Positions 49,760-58,982 of a stretch of DNA of 64,000 nucleotides are shown here, piece by piece (position 1 is the first letter of the stretch; each line of letters opens with the position of its first letter). The position numbers and the translations under genes were made by a program. The notes below the pieces were generated by a model. That model saw only the letters and a program-made list of their open reading frames with translations. It did no database searches and had not been told where the DNA came from. The stretch is taken from positions 4,288,001-4,352,000 of the forward strand of contig OZ253462.1 of the NCBI GenBank assembly GCA_965261395.1, given 5' to 3'. Origin of the DNA: Candidatus Latescibacterota bacterium (GTDB lineage: Bacteria; Latescibacterota; UBA2968; UBA8231).

Positions 49760-49967
49760 TCAGGAAGCCTTCTTCAGCACACCCAGTACCCAGCGGAAGC
49801 TGGTGAGGCAGGCTTTGAGGTTCTCGATGATCTCTTCGGCGAGGTCATTGGGTTCGGGCAGGTTATCCAAGTCTGTCAGGCTCTTGTCTTTGAACCAAGA
49901 GATGTCGAGACAGGTCTTGTCGCGCTCTGATTTCCTCATAGCTGTAGCTGCACCAGCGGCCTTCCAG
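49760..49967 (-). pseudogene. 3'-terminal fragment of a second, different type I HsdM
   Basis: EGRWCSYSYEEI/RDKTCLDISWFKDKSLTDLDNLPEPNDLAEEIIENLKACLTSF, with a frameshift. Confidence 0.8.
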
Positions 49968-50015
49968 TCCTATATGTGGGAGGTATGAGTCTTTGATAAT
50001 ACGCCACTAATAACA

Positions 50016-50076
50016 AGGCCCCGAGGGGATAAGCCCTCAGGGCCTCACGTTAATAAAGAGCCGCGAAAATTCGCGG
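50016..50076 (-). terminator. Two hairpins downstream of tRNA-Asn (probable intrinsic terminators)
   Basis: ccgcgaa/ttcgcgg (50061-50076) and a 12-bp stem aggccctgaggg/ccctcggggcct (50016-50045), each followed by T-rich sequence on the minus strand. Confidence 0.55.
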
Positions 50077-50085
50077 TTGAAAAAA

Positions 50086-50161
50086 TGGCTCCGCGGGTAG
50101 GATTCGAACCTACGACCAAGTGGTTAACAGCCACCCGCTCTGCCAGCTGAGCTACCGCGGA
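50086..50161 (-). tRNA. tRNA-Asn (GTT)
   Basis: TCCGCGGTAGCTCAGCTGGCAGAGCGGGTGGCTGTTAACCACTTGGTCGTAGGTTCGAATCCTACCCGCGGAGCCA; 76-nt cloverleaf with encoded CCA. Confidence 0.97.
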
Positions 50162-50261
50162 ATGAACAAATATACTAACGAAAAATCGGGCAAAAATCAA
50201 ATAAGGCCAAGACGCCAGCAGCCTTGCACGCCCACTTTTTTCGTCCCGCAGCAGCGGATAA

Positions 50262-51107
50262 TTAGTCCGCGTAGTACTCCTTGAGGGAATCGCAGCGAGC
50301 TGGATGACGGAGCTTCTGCAGAGCCTTTTCCTTGATTTGCCGCACCCGCTCCCGAGTGCGCCCGACGTAAGCCCCGATCTTCTCCAAAGTCATCGGCTCG
50401 TGCCCATCCAATCCGTAATACATCTTCAAGACGCGCGCCTCGCCCTCGGTCAGGGCGTGCATAGCGTTGAAAATCTCCGCTTTGAGCTCATCGCTGGAGA
50501 GGACCTCGTCGCTGGAAGGCTGGCTGTAGTCGGGAAGCAGATCGCCGAAACAGCGATCCGGCTCGGATTCGTCACAGGGCATCTCCAGCGAAACGGGCCT
50601 TTGGGCCAATCGCAATAGGAGATCCATGTCGCCGGGTTCGACATCTAGCTCTTCGGCTATTTCATCTACTTCCGGGGGACGCCCCAGCCCCTGCTCGAGC
50701 TTGTTGAGCACCCGGTTGACGCGCGTCAGCTCACCGATGCGATTTAGCGGTAGCCGTACAATGCGTGACTGATTGGCCAACGCTTGCAGGATCGACTGGC
50801 GGATCCACCATACGGCATAGGAAATGAATTTAAAGCCCTTAGTGCCGTCAAAGCGCTTAGCGGCGATAATAAGCCCCAAATTCCCCTCGTTGATCAGATC
50901 CGAAAGCGGCAAGCCCAGATTCTGATACTGCTTCGCCACGCTTACGACAAAGCGCAAGTTGGCTTTGACCAGATCGGATAGTGCATCTTCATCGCCCTCT
51001 TTTATTTGCTCGGCGATGGCCACTTCGTCCGCGGACGATAGCCCGACAGCATCCTCTATCTCGTGGAAATACTGGTCGACGATGGAATCAGTCTGCAAGG
51101 TAGTCAT
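50262..51107 (-). CDS. RpoD/SigA-family sigma factor (short, no region 1.1)
   Basis: ANLRFVVSVAKQY, DLINEGNLGL, KFISYAVWWIRQSI, TRERVRQI. Confidence 0.95.
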   Translation of the reverse strand: MTTLQTDSIVDQYFHEIEDAVGLSSADEVAIAEQIKEGDEDALSDLVKANLRFVVSVAKQYQNLGLPLSDLINEGNLGLIIAAKRFDGTKGFKFISYAVWWIRQSILQALANQSRIVRLPLNRIGELTRVNRVLNKLEQGLGRPPEVDEIAEELDVEPGDMDLLLRLAQRPVSLEMPCDESEPDRCFGDLLPDYSQPSSDEVLSSDELKAEIFNAMHALTEGEARVLKMYYGLDGHEPMTLEKIGAYVGRTRERVRQIKEKALQKLRHPARCDSLKEYYAD

Positions 51108-51340
51108 AACTTGACGCCTCCTGTTGCTAATGAGCCAGCATGGGGACTCGTGGCTGCATTAAGCTATGATGGTACCTAATGTGGTATGGCAGGGAGTTTC
51201 GGATGTGGGGGGAATACATCCGAAAAGCAAAGCGGTTTAGATAAACCGAATAGGAGAGGATGAAGGTTAATATAGGGCCTAAATGTTATATAATCAACTC
51301 TTTTCGTTCTTTTTTGTTCCTTAACTGTTTGGTGTTTGGC

Positions 51341-52783
51341 TCAATCTATGCCGATGGCTTCTTTGGCTAGCCGGACACAACGCTCGACATCGTAATCGCG
51401 CAGAATGGTGATTTTCTGGGTTTCCAATGAGCCTTCGGCGTGGATGGCCAACAGCTCGTTGTAACCACCAAAAGTTGAAGCCGTCAAGTCGCGCACCAAG
51501 TTGATCGCCTTTAGCCGCGCCTTGGCATCAACGCCGCTCCCACCGCCCAAGAAGTGTTCGATATAGCCCTTGGTCTCGGGATTGGCCAAGTCCTCTTCCG
51601 ACGGCCCGGTGACCACTAGCCCTCCGGCGATATCCTGGACCCAAGACACGGCTTGGTGATAGTTATTGGCAAAGTGGAATTTGGCCAAGTTGGTGAAGAC
51701 GATATTGGGCACGGCCGTGCCATTTGCCGCGATGCGGCAATCGTGGGCCGCGGCCAAGGTCAGCCCTCTAACGGTCTCGGCATAAGTGATGAGCTTGGTC
51801 AGTTTTTCGCGCACGTGGCCGGCCTTGGCGATGCCGTTGTACTGGGCGAGGAGCGCCGCCGCTCCGATAAAGAGATCGCACAGCGGCGGTTTGTATGAGG
51901 CGGCCGTAAAGCGGTGAAATTCGACGAAGGCGTTGGCCAGTGGCCCGGCGTATTGCCACTCTCCTTTGAGGAAGACGCGCTCGTTGGGAATAAAGACATC
52001 GTCGAAGATCGTCAGCGTGTCGATCATGCGGTGCTCGGAGCTGACCGGGTGGTGGAACTGGCTCACCGGCGGCGAGCCAAAAGGGCTGGCGATTAGTTTG
52101 ATCCCCGGCGCATTGACCGGCGCGGCAAAGGCAACCGCATAGGCCGCGTCCTCTTCCTTGAGCGCACGGGTCGGCAAGACGATGAGTTCATCGACATACG
52201 GGGCACATGTCGTATGGGCTTTGGCCCCGCGCACCACGATCCCATCGCTCCGCTCCTCGACAATGTGGACATAGTAATCGGGGTGCGCTTGCTGCGAGGG
52301 CAAGAGGCTGCGGTCGCCTTTTACGTCGGTTTGGGCCACGGCTAAGCTCAGATCGCGCTGCTTGCACTCGCGGTGGAAGGCTTGCACGCGCGCGTTGTAT
52401 TGCCCGCCGGCATTTTGGTCCAAATGGTCGGAGACCAAGTCGAGGGCAAAGAGCGCGTCGGTGCCGATTTCCTTGATGAGCAACACCACGCTGCTGCCTA
52501 TCCGCGTCGAACGCTCAATCATCTCGCGTCGGTTGAGCAAATCCTCAGCATCCGTCGGCGTCTTAAAGTAGCGACTGACCGGTTCGCCCAGCTCCCCATC
52601 CATCCAAGTCATCAGGTCGCGGTGAGCCGGATCCTCGGCCAGTTCAAAATCCAAGGCGACGTGATCCGCCCCAATCCCCAAGTCGTCATGCGCGGTTACG
52701 TCCTCGACCCGCTCTCCCCGATGGTACACCTCCCGCCCGTCGCGCAAGCCCTCTTTAAATTCAGCGGCGCTACGCAAGCCCAT
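51341..52783 (-). CDS. HpaB/4-hydroxybutyryl-CoA dehydratase family flavoprotein
   Basis: AQTDVKGDRS, GIVVRGAKAH, FDDVFIPNERVF, QDIAGG, HAEGS. Confidence 0.88.
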   Translation of the reverse strand: MGLRSAAEFKEGLRDGREVYHRGERVEDVTAHDDLGIGADHVALDFELAEDPAHRDLMTWMDGELGEPVSRYFKTPTDAEDLLNRREMIERSTRIGSSVVLLIKEIGTDALFALDLVSDHLDQNAGGQYNARVQAFHRECKQRDLSLAVAQTDVKGDRSLLPSQQAHPDYYVHIVEERSDGIVVRGAKAHTTCAPYVDELIVLPTRALKEEDAAYAVAFAAPVNAPGIKLIASPFGSPPVSQFHHPVSSEHRMIDTLTIFDDVFIPNERVFLKGEWQYAGPLANAFVEFHRFTAASYKPPLCDLFIGAAALLAQYNGIAKAGHVREKLTKLITYAETVRGLTLAAAHDCRIAANGTAVPNIVFTNLAKFHFANNYHQAVSWVQDIAGGLVVTGPSEEDLANPETKGYIEHFLGGGSGVDAKARLKAINLVRDLTASTFGGYNELLAIHAEGSLETQKITILRDYDVERCVRLAKEAIGID

Positions 52784-52799
52784 AAGACCCCCTTCTCTT

Positions 52800-55073
52800 T
52801 CAATTTCTCAATGGTTTACCCGTGTGAAGCATGTGTGCGATGCGCTGTCGCGTGCGCTCGGTACTGCACAGTTGCAGAAAGACCTCGCGTTCCAAATTAA
52901 GCAAATGGCACTCCTCTACTTCCCGACGTGCCCCACCACCTCCTGTAAGCACTCGTGCCAGACCGCGCCCTACGACCACGTCGTGCTCGCTGAGCTGCCC
53001 AGCAGCTTGGCCTTCATCTAGGCGCTCGTGCAAAAGCGCTAGCCCTCCGTCTCCAGTGACCTCTACCCCATCCGGTGTGCTGACGCAGTAGCCTGCGGCG
53101 AGCAGGCTGCGCAATTTGACTACGGCCCGCTTTAAGAGTTGGCCCTCGGCAAAGGCAATCTCGTCCTCAGCGCCGAGGAGGCCCCAAGCTTGGGCCTGAA
53201 AGGCGTTGTCGCTGAAGTTTCCGGCAAAAATCGTCTCAAACGCGGATGCTATGTCATTTGTTCCCCTCCGTGCCATCTCCATACAGCCGCCGCTGCCGGG
53301 GATCAGGCCAACCTTGGTCTCCACCAAGCCCATACCTAATTCAGCCGTCGCCACGCGCGCATCGGCACCCAAGGCGAACTCGCACCCACCTCCCAGCACC
53401 AAGCCACGGAGGACCGCGACGACCGGAAAAGGCGCGTAGCGCAGCGCTTGCACGGCCTCTTGGAAGGCGGCGACAAACGCTTCCAGCTCCAGCCAGTCGT
53501 TCTCATCGACGAGCTTGGCTACGTACTTCAAGTCGGCACCGACCGAGAATAAGGAACCAACTCCGGCGAGCACCAAGCCAGTAAAGGGGGCCGTATCCAC
53601 TGCCCGATGGACGGCTTCCAGCGCCGCTGGCCCCAAGGCGTTCATCTTGCCGCTGAAAACCAGCGCCCCCATTCCCTCGTCCAACTCGACCAAGTAGGCC
53701 CCGGCATTAGACCAGATGGCGCGCTCGGAAGCTAGCCTAGCCCAATCGTCTGCTGGCTGTTGCCAGCTTTCGCGCCGCAACCGGGTCGGCGAGAACGCGC
53801 CCTGCTCGCGGTAAAAGTGCGTTTCACCGGCGGCGAGCAATTGGGCGGCGAGGTCGGGTACGCGCTGTTGGTTGGCTTCCAGAGCGCGGACGACCTCTTC
53901 GATGCCGAAGAGATCCCACAACTCAAAAGGCCCTAGCGCCCAGTTAAATCCCCAGCGCATCGCCTGATCGATTTGGACGATATCGCCTGCTATGTCGGCA
54001 GCGTGCTCGGCAGCGTAGGCTAGCACGGCCGTAAGATGCGCCCTCCCGAGCTGACCCCACGGCCCTGGATCGTCCCATAACGCGCAGAGGCGACGCGCTG
54101 GGGAGCGCTCGCTCAAGGCCGATTCCAGGATCTCCACCCTTTGCACGGGTTGGTAGGCGAAAGTATCTAAGTCGAGGGCCTCGATGCCCGCCTCGGCCTT
54201 GCGATAAAATCCGGCATTGACCTTGGCCCCGAGCAAGTTCTCCTCCAACATCCGCCGATAAAATGCCGGCAGGGCAAAAAGCGATCGCCACGGATCCGCT
54301 GGCAATCCCTCGTAACTAGTCTCAGCCACGTGCGCGACCGTGTCCAAACCCACGATGTCACAAACGCGCAGGATCGCGCTTGGGGGCCGCCCCATCAGGG
54401 GACCGGTTAGCGCGTCAACTTCGGCCACGTCCAGTCCGTCCCGCTCCATCCTCTGTAGCACGTCGCAGACGACGAAAATCCACAGACGATTGCCGATAAA
54501 ATTAGGCGTGTCCCGGCCGCAGACCACTCCCTTGCCCAACTCCCCGGCGAGAAAAGAGACCATATGCTGAACGATGGCCGGCTCGGTGTCAGGCCCGGGT
54601 ATGACTTCGACCAACTTCATGTAGCGCGGCGGATTGAAGAAATGTACCCCAAGGAAACGGCGGCAAAACTCCGGCGACCGGCTGCGAGCCAGCTCGGCGA
54701 TAGATAGCCCCGAGGTATTGCTGCTGATGACCAATCCATCGTGCAGGTACGGCTCTAGCCGGGCCAGCAACGCCCGCTTGGGCTCGCTTTCTTCTACTAC
54801 GGCTTCAATGACCCAATCGGCCGTCCCAACGCATGTTAGATCCTCCATGCTCCCCAGCTCGATGCGTTGGGCCATCTCCTCTAGATAGAAAGCAGGAGGT
54901 CGGCTCGCGAGGGATCTCTCCAGCCCCTGACGCGCACGGCCCGCCTCATCGCCTGCCAGCGGCAAGTCGAGGAGGCGCACCTTGTGGCCCGCACAGGCGA
55001 GCAAGGCCGCAATTTGCCCTCCCATGACCCCGGCACCGAGTACCACCACATTTTTCACTTTTTCATTCGCCAT
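52800..55073 (-). CDS. 3-hydroxyacyl-CoA dehydrogenase/enoyl-CoA hydratase (FadN-like)
   Basis: GAGVMG, IEAVVE, SNTSG, HFFNPPRYM, crotonase GGGCE/GLVE, GKPLRN. Confidence 0.93.
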   Translation of the reverse strand: MANEKVKNVVVLGAGVMGGQIAALLACAGHKVRLLDLPLAGDEAGRARQGLERSLASRPPAFYLEEMAQRIELGSMEDLTCVGTADWVIEAVVEESEPKRALLARLEPYLHDGLVISSNTSGLSIAELARSRSPEFCRRFLGVHFFNPPRYMKLVEVIPGPDTEPAIVQHMVSFLAGELGKGVVCGRDTPNFIGNRLWIFVVCDVLQRMERDGLDVAEVDALTGPLMGRPPSAILRVCDIVGLDTVAHVAETSYEGLPADPWRSLFALPAFYRRMLEENLLGAKVNAGFYRKAEAGIEALDLDTFAYQPVQRVEILESALSERSPARRLCALWDDPGPWGQLGRAHLTAVLAYAAEHAADIAGDIVQIDQAMRWGFNWALGPFELWDLFGIEEVVRALEANQQRVPDLAAQLLAAGETHFYREQGAFSPTRLRRESWQQPADDWARLASERAIWSNAGAYLVELDEGMGALVFSGKMNALGPAALEAVHRAVDTAPFTGLVLAGVGSLFSVGADLKYVAKLVDENDWLELEAFVAAFQEAVQALRYAPFPVVAVLRGLVLGGGCEFALGADARVATAELGMGLVETKVGLIPGSGGCMEMARRGTNDIASAFETIFAGNFSDNAFQAQAWGLLGAEDEIAFAEGQLLKRAVVKLRSLLAAGYCVSTPDGVEVTGDGGLALLHERLDEGQAAGQLSEHDVVVGRGLARVLTGGGGARREVEECHLLNLEREVFLQLCSTERTRQRIAHMLHTGKPLRN

Positions 55074-55320
55074 TTTCCCCCTTCGTCGGGAAGAGGGAGA
55101 GTTGATCTAGATTGGACGGCATCGCCTTCCCCCGCAAGAGCGCCGATCCCTCGTGGTGCAGGGCCAACCAGCGCTCGATCTCGCTCAGGCGAAACCGCAC
55201 CAGCTTGCCAAATCTATAGTGGGGAATCTGGCCTCGACGGACGAAGCGACGCACAGTGGAGGGCGAACAGCGGAGATAGGCGGCGACCTCTCCGGCGACC
55301 ATCATCTGTTCCTGCACCAT
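55063..55320 (-). CDS. HTH_17 (excisionase-like) DNA-binding protein
   Basis: EVAAYLRCSPSTVRRFVRRGQIPHYRFGKLVRF. Confidence 0.85.
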   Translation of the reverse strand: MVQEQMMVAGEVAAYLRCSPSTVRRFVRRGQIPHYRFGKLVRFRLSEIERWLALHHEGSALLRGKAMPSNLDQLSLFPTKGENGE

Positions 55321-55338
55321 AGCTCTGCCCCCAAGTGC

Positions 55339-55779
55339 TCAGCAATGAAGAAGGCGCTCGGCAACAAAGAAATTGTTGTCGGTCTCCTGGATGGAAACTT
55401 CGATGTGGTACTTATGGCCGCGCTGTGGGAACAGCCCCTGCAATACGTCGACAGCGTGGTCGAGACAGTACTCGGCCACGTTTTCCACACTCGGATTTTC
55501 ACCTGGCATGACCACGACCCCTTGTGGATCGAAGAGCTTGGGATCTAGAAAGGTCACATCCCGAGCGGCAACCAGCATTTTGTGATCCAAAAATTTGAAG
55601 ATGTCCTTGAGCGCTCCGAAATCAACGGTCATGTCCAGTTTTTCGAGCCGCGGAAAGCGCTCGGTGCGGATGACGAACACGCCGCGCCAAGTATGCCCGT
55701 GGACGTAGGCGCATTTGCCGTCGTAGTCTAGCTGTCGATGGGCGGCGTGGAATTTACCTCGGGCCTTAATGGTCTCCAT
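55339..55779 (-). CDS. queD: 6-carboxytetrahydropterin/6-pyruvoyltetrahydropterin synthase
   Basis: FHAAH, CAYVHGH, VDFG, LDH, PSVEN, ET. Confidence 0.88.
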   Translation of the reverse strand: METIKARGKFHAAHRQLDYDGKCAYVHGHTWRGVFVIRTERFPRLEKLDMTVDFGALKDIFKFLDHKMLVAARDVTFLDPKLFDPQGVVVMPGENPSVENVAEYCLDHAVDVLQGLFPQRGHKYHIEVSIQETDNNFFVAERLLHC

Positions 55780-56038
55780 GCGAGCTATCCCCCTCGACCC
55801 TTGCCAGCGCTTTCTCCAAGCGAGTGCGGTAGTACCAAGTCCCTACCGACGCGAGGGCCTGCAACGCGATGACATAGTAGAGTGCCTTGCCAGTCGCGCG
55901 CACCCACTCCGCTGTCGAGATCGTGGTTAGGATGATGATGAGCGCAAAAGCCGCGAGTATGACCCCGGTGTTGATGCGGAGCATCTTCTGGCATAGCGCC
56001 AGTGCTTTGTGCTGTGCTGTGTTGGTGTCTTCCGCCAT
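55766..56038 (-). CDS. Small two-TM membrane protein
   Basis: Two hydrophobic helices; sits between dxr and queD, overlapping the queD start. Confidence 0.7.
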   Translation of the reverse strand: MAEDTNTAQHKALALCQKMLRINTGVILAAFALIIILTTISTAEWVRATGKALYYVIALQALASVGTWYYRTRLEKALARVEGDSSHGDH

Positions 56039-56041
56039 AAA

Positions 56042-57208
56042 TTATCCCGCCTGTTCGGCGACCCACTCCCGGGCCAGCCGCCGTGCACAGCGGTCCTCGT
56101 CTAATATGGATTCGAGGGAAACCGCCTCCTGCGTGCCGCAACGTGCAAGCACGTCGCGGTTCAGATCGGCGATATGGAGAAACCCGATTTTCCGCGCCAA
56201 AAAAGCCTCCACAGCTTCCTCGTTGGCCGCGTTGAGAACGGCTGGAAAGGTCCCTCCATTCCGGCCGGCTTCGTAGCACAGATCCAGACAGGGAAAATTC
56301 GCTCTGTCCGGAGCGGCGAAACTCAGGTGGCCCACTTGCTTGAGGTCGAGGTTGTCGAGAGGTACCTCCCGCCGCTCTGGGTGGGTCAGCGCGTATTGGA
56401 TCGGCAGCATCATATCGGTCTTGCCCATGTGCGCCAACAGCGATCCATCGGCGAATTCAACTAGCGCATGCACAACCGACTGGCGGTGGACGACCACATC
56501 CACTTGATCGACCGCCACACCAAAGAGCCATGCAGCCTCGATAACTTCAAAGCCCTTGTTCATCAGGGTTGCCGAATCCACGCTGATCTTGGGGCCCATT
56601 TTCCAAGTGGGGTGAGCAATGGCCTGCTCCGGGGTGATGTCGCGCATCTGCTCGCGACTGCGCCCAAAGAACGGCCCCCCAGAGGCCGTGAGGATGATCC
56701 GCTTTAGACTTTTGCGGTTTTCGCCCTTCAGGCACTGCCAAATAGCATTGGGCTCGCTGTCCAACGGCAACACGGAGCCGCCGCCGCGTTGGGCTTGCTG
56801 CAAGATTAGCCCGCCGGCCATGACTAGGGGTTCCTTGTTGGCCATGGCTACGGTCTTGCCCTGCTCCAACGCCGCCAGCGTCGGAGCGAGGCCGACGGCA
56901 CCGACGAGCCCGTTGAGCACCAGATCAGCTTCCGGCATGGTGGCCAGTTCACACAGCCCCTCTGCGCCGCAAACCACCTCGACCCGCGATACTGCGCTCT
57001 GCACTCGTTTTCTAGCCTCGGCATCTAGAACGCAGATTTTTTGCGGCTGCCAGCGGCGAGCACACGCGATCAGCTTTTCGACCTTGGTCCCACCTCCCAA
57101 GCCCACGACCTCGTACCCATTTCCCAAGTTTTCGAGGACTTTGAAACACGTGTCGCCAATGGACCCGGTGCAGCCGAGGACGACGATTTTTTTGGAGTCG
57201 TCAGCCAT
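56042..57208 (-). CDS. dxr: 1-deoxy-D-xylulose-5-phosphate reductoisomerase
   Basis: LGCTGSIG, ANKE, PLDSE, TASGGPF, HPTWKMGPKISVDSATLMNKG, NAANE. ATG at 57208. Confidence 0.96.
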   Translation of the reverse strand: MADDSKKIVVLGCTGSIGDTCFKVLENLGNGYEVVGLGGGTKVEKLIACARRWQPQKICVLDAEARKRVQSAVSRVEVVCGAEGLCELATMPEADLVLNGLVGAVGLAPTLAALEQGKTVAMANKEPLVMAGGLILQQAQRGGGSVLPLDSEPNAIWQCLKGENRKSLKRIILTASGGPFFGRSREQMRDITPEQAIAHPTWKMGPKISVDSATLMNKGFEVIEAAWLFGVAVDQVDVVVHRQSVVHALVEFADGSLLAHMGKTDMMLPIQYALTHPERREVPLDNLDLKQVGHLSFAAPDRANFPCLDLCYEAGRNGGTFPAVLNAANEEAVEAFLARKIGFLHIADLNRDVLARCGTQEAVSLESILDEDRCARRLAREWVAEQAG

Positions 57209-57224
57209 TTCAGTTGGGGCGAAT

Positions 57225-58883
57225 TTAGCTGCTGTCGCCCCCTCTACGGCCTCCGTTGCGCGGCCGACGATCGCTCCCATTGCGAGCATCGTTATTGCGT
57301 CGGTCGCCGCGACCCCGCTCGGTATGGCGCACCACCTGCGTCTGGCGCACGACCACGACCTTGACTTGGCCCGCAAAGGTCAACTCGGTCTTGACGCGCT
57401 CGGCTATGTCGAATGCCAGCATCTCGGCGTCTTCATCCCCGATCTGTTCGCCGCAGACCATGACGCGGATCTCGCGGCCTGCGTTGATGGCGTACACATC
57501 TGTGACGCCCGCAAACGAAGTCGCGATTTCTTCCAAGCGCATAATGCGGCGGGTATAACCTTCGAGGTCTTCGCGCCGCCCTCCGGGCCGTATCGACGAT
57601 ATGGTATCGGCCGCCTTGACCAAGAAGCAGATCGGCGAAAGGCGATCGTGGTCCTCGTGGTGCTCGGCGATGACTTCCTTGACGGTCGGATGCTCGTCAA
57701 ATCGCTCGCCTAGCGTAATACCCAATTCGACGTGGCCTCCCTCCAACTCCTTGCTGACGGTCTTGCCGATATCGTGCAAGAGGCCCGCCCGCTTGGCCAA
57801 CGGCACATCCAATCCTACTTCGGCGGCCATCAGCCCCGATAAATGGGCGACTTCTAGGCAGTGCTGTAAAAGGTTTTGCCCAAAGCTAGCGCGATATTTG
57901 AGCATGCCCACGTAATGGGGCAAATCGGCGTGGTATTGGCTAGCCCCAATCTCGCCGAGGGCACTCTTGCCGACCTCGACCATATCTTGGTCTAGACTAA
58001 TGCGGCATTCCTCTACCACTTCCTCTATTTTGGTCGGGGTGAAGCCGCCGCCGCCGATTAGCTGATGCATCGCACGGCTGGCCACTTCACGCCGCGCTGG
58101 ATCATAGGAAGAGAGCAGCACAGCGTCGGGCGTATCATCGACCACGACTTTGACTCCGGTCGCCGTCTCAAAGGCACGCACATTGCGCCCTTCCTTGCCG
58201 ATGATGCGACTTTTGATTCCCTCGTTGGGCAAGGGCACAGTCGAGGTGACCAAGTGGACGGTCTCTTCAACTGCACAGCGCTGAATAGCTTGGGCGATGA
58301 TTTTTTTGGCTTCTCGATCCGACTCTTCCTTCGCCTTGGTGCGCTCGCTGCGGATCATGGCCGCCGCCCGCCCGCGGACCTCGCTGGCCAGATGCTCCAT
58401 CATCTGTTCACGCGCCTCGTCCGCGGGCAGCCCACTGGCCAGCTCTAGTCGTTGCTGGTACTCAGCACGCATCTGGCTCAGTTCCTCTTCTTTTTCTTTT
58501 GAGGTCCGTTCGCGCTGGCCAATCCGCCGCTCTTGATTTTTGAGGCGGTTCCACGCCCGGCTCTGCTCCTCTTTCTGGCTACTGAGGTCACGCACAAGCT
58601 GTGCCAAGCTCTTATCGCGACGGTCCAGATCGGCCAATTGATCTTCTAACTCGGCCTCTTGGCGGGCTTTGGTTTTATACCAGTTATCTCGCTCCTCAAG
58701 CAAGCTCAGTCGCACCGCGTGCTCTTCTTCGGCTAGCTGCTGCCGCACTCGGTCTTCTGCCTCTTTCTCCACTTGGGGCAGGACGCCCCTTTTTAATTGA
58801 TAACTCAGCAGAAAACCCAGACCACCGCCCAAAGCGAGCAGGCCCAAGCCCGCTAATGCTTGGATCACATCTGGATATTCCAT
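57225..58883 (-). CDS. rny: Ribonuclease Y
   Basis: N-terminal TM, coiled coil, KH domain (RIIGKEGRN), HD domain (LLHDIGK), AINAGRE. Confidence 0.96.
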   Translation of the reverse strand: MEYPDVIQALAGLGLLALGGGLGFLLSYQLKRGVLPQVEKEAEDRVRQQLAEEEHAVRLSLLEERDNWYKTKARQEAELEDQLADLDRRDKSLAQLVRDLSSQKEEQSRAWNRLKNQERRIGQRERTSKEKEEELSQMRAEYQQRLELASGLPADEAREQMMEHLASEVRGRAAAMIRSERTKAKEESDREAKKIIAQAIQRCAVEETVHLVTSTVPLPNEGIKSRIIGKEGRNVRAFETATGVKVVVDDTPDAVLLSSYDPARREVASRAMHQLIGGGGFTPTKIEEVVEECRISLDQDMVEVGKSALGEIGASQYHADLPHYVGMLKYRASFGQNLLQHCLEVAHLSGLMAAEVGLDVPLAKRAGLLHDIGKTVSKELEGGHVELGITLGERFDEHPTVKEVIAEHHEDHDRLSPICFLVKAADTISSIRPGGRREDLEGYTRRIMRLEEIATSFAGVTDVYAINAGREIRVMVCGEQIGDEDAEMLAFDIAERVKTELTFAGQVKVVVVRQTQVVRHTERGRGDRRNNDARNGSDRRPRNGGRRGGDSS

Positions 58884-58982
58884 TGCTGTAAGCCTTGATA
58901 GTCTTAAGGTTTAATTGTTGCTAATAGATAAGGCATACCTATCCACAAGGGCAAATGGCCGGCCCTCGTGGCTTCTCGCTCG

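Noticed and set aside
55063-55320. Excisionase of a tRNA-Asn-integrated element
   Set aside because: It lies on the core side of the tRNA inside an operon, with no integrase and no tRNA 3' direct repeat found.
57209-57376. N-terminal extension of Dxr in the ORF track, and similar extensions for TnpB, HsdS and SodA
   Set aside because: These overlap upstream genes or IS ends; downstream ATGs fit the family N-termini better.
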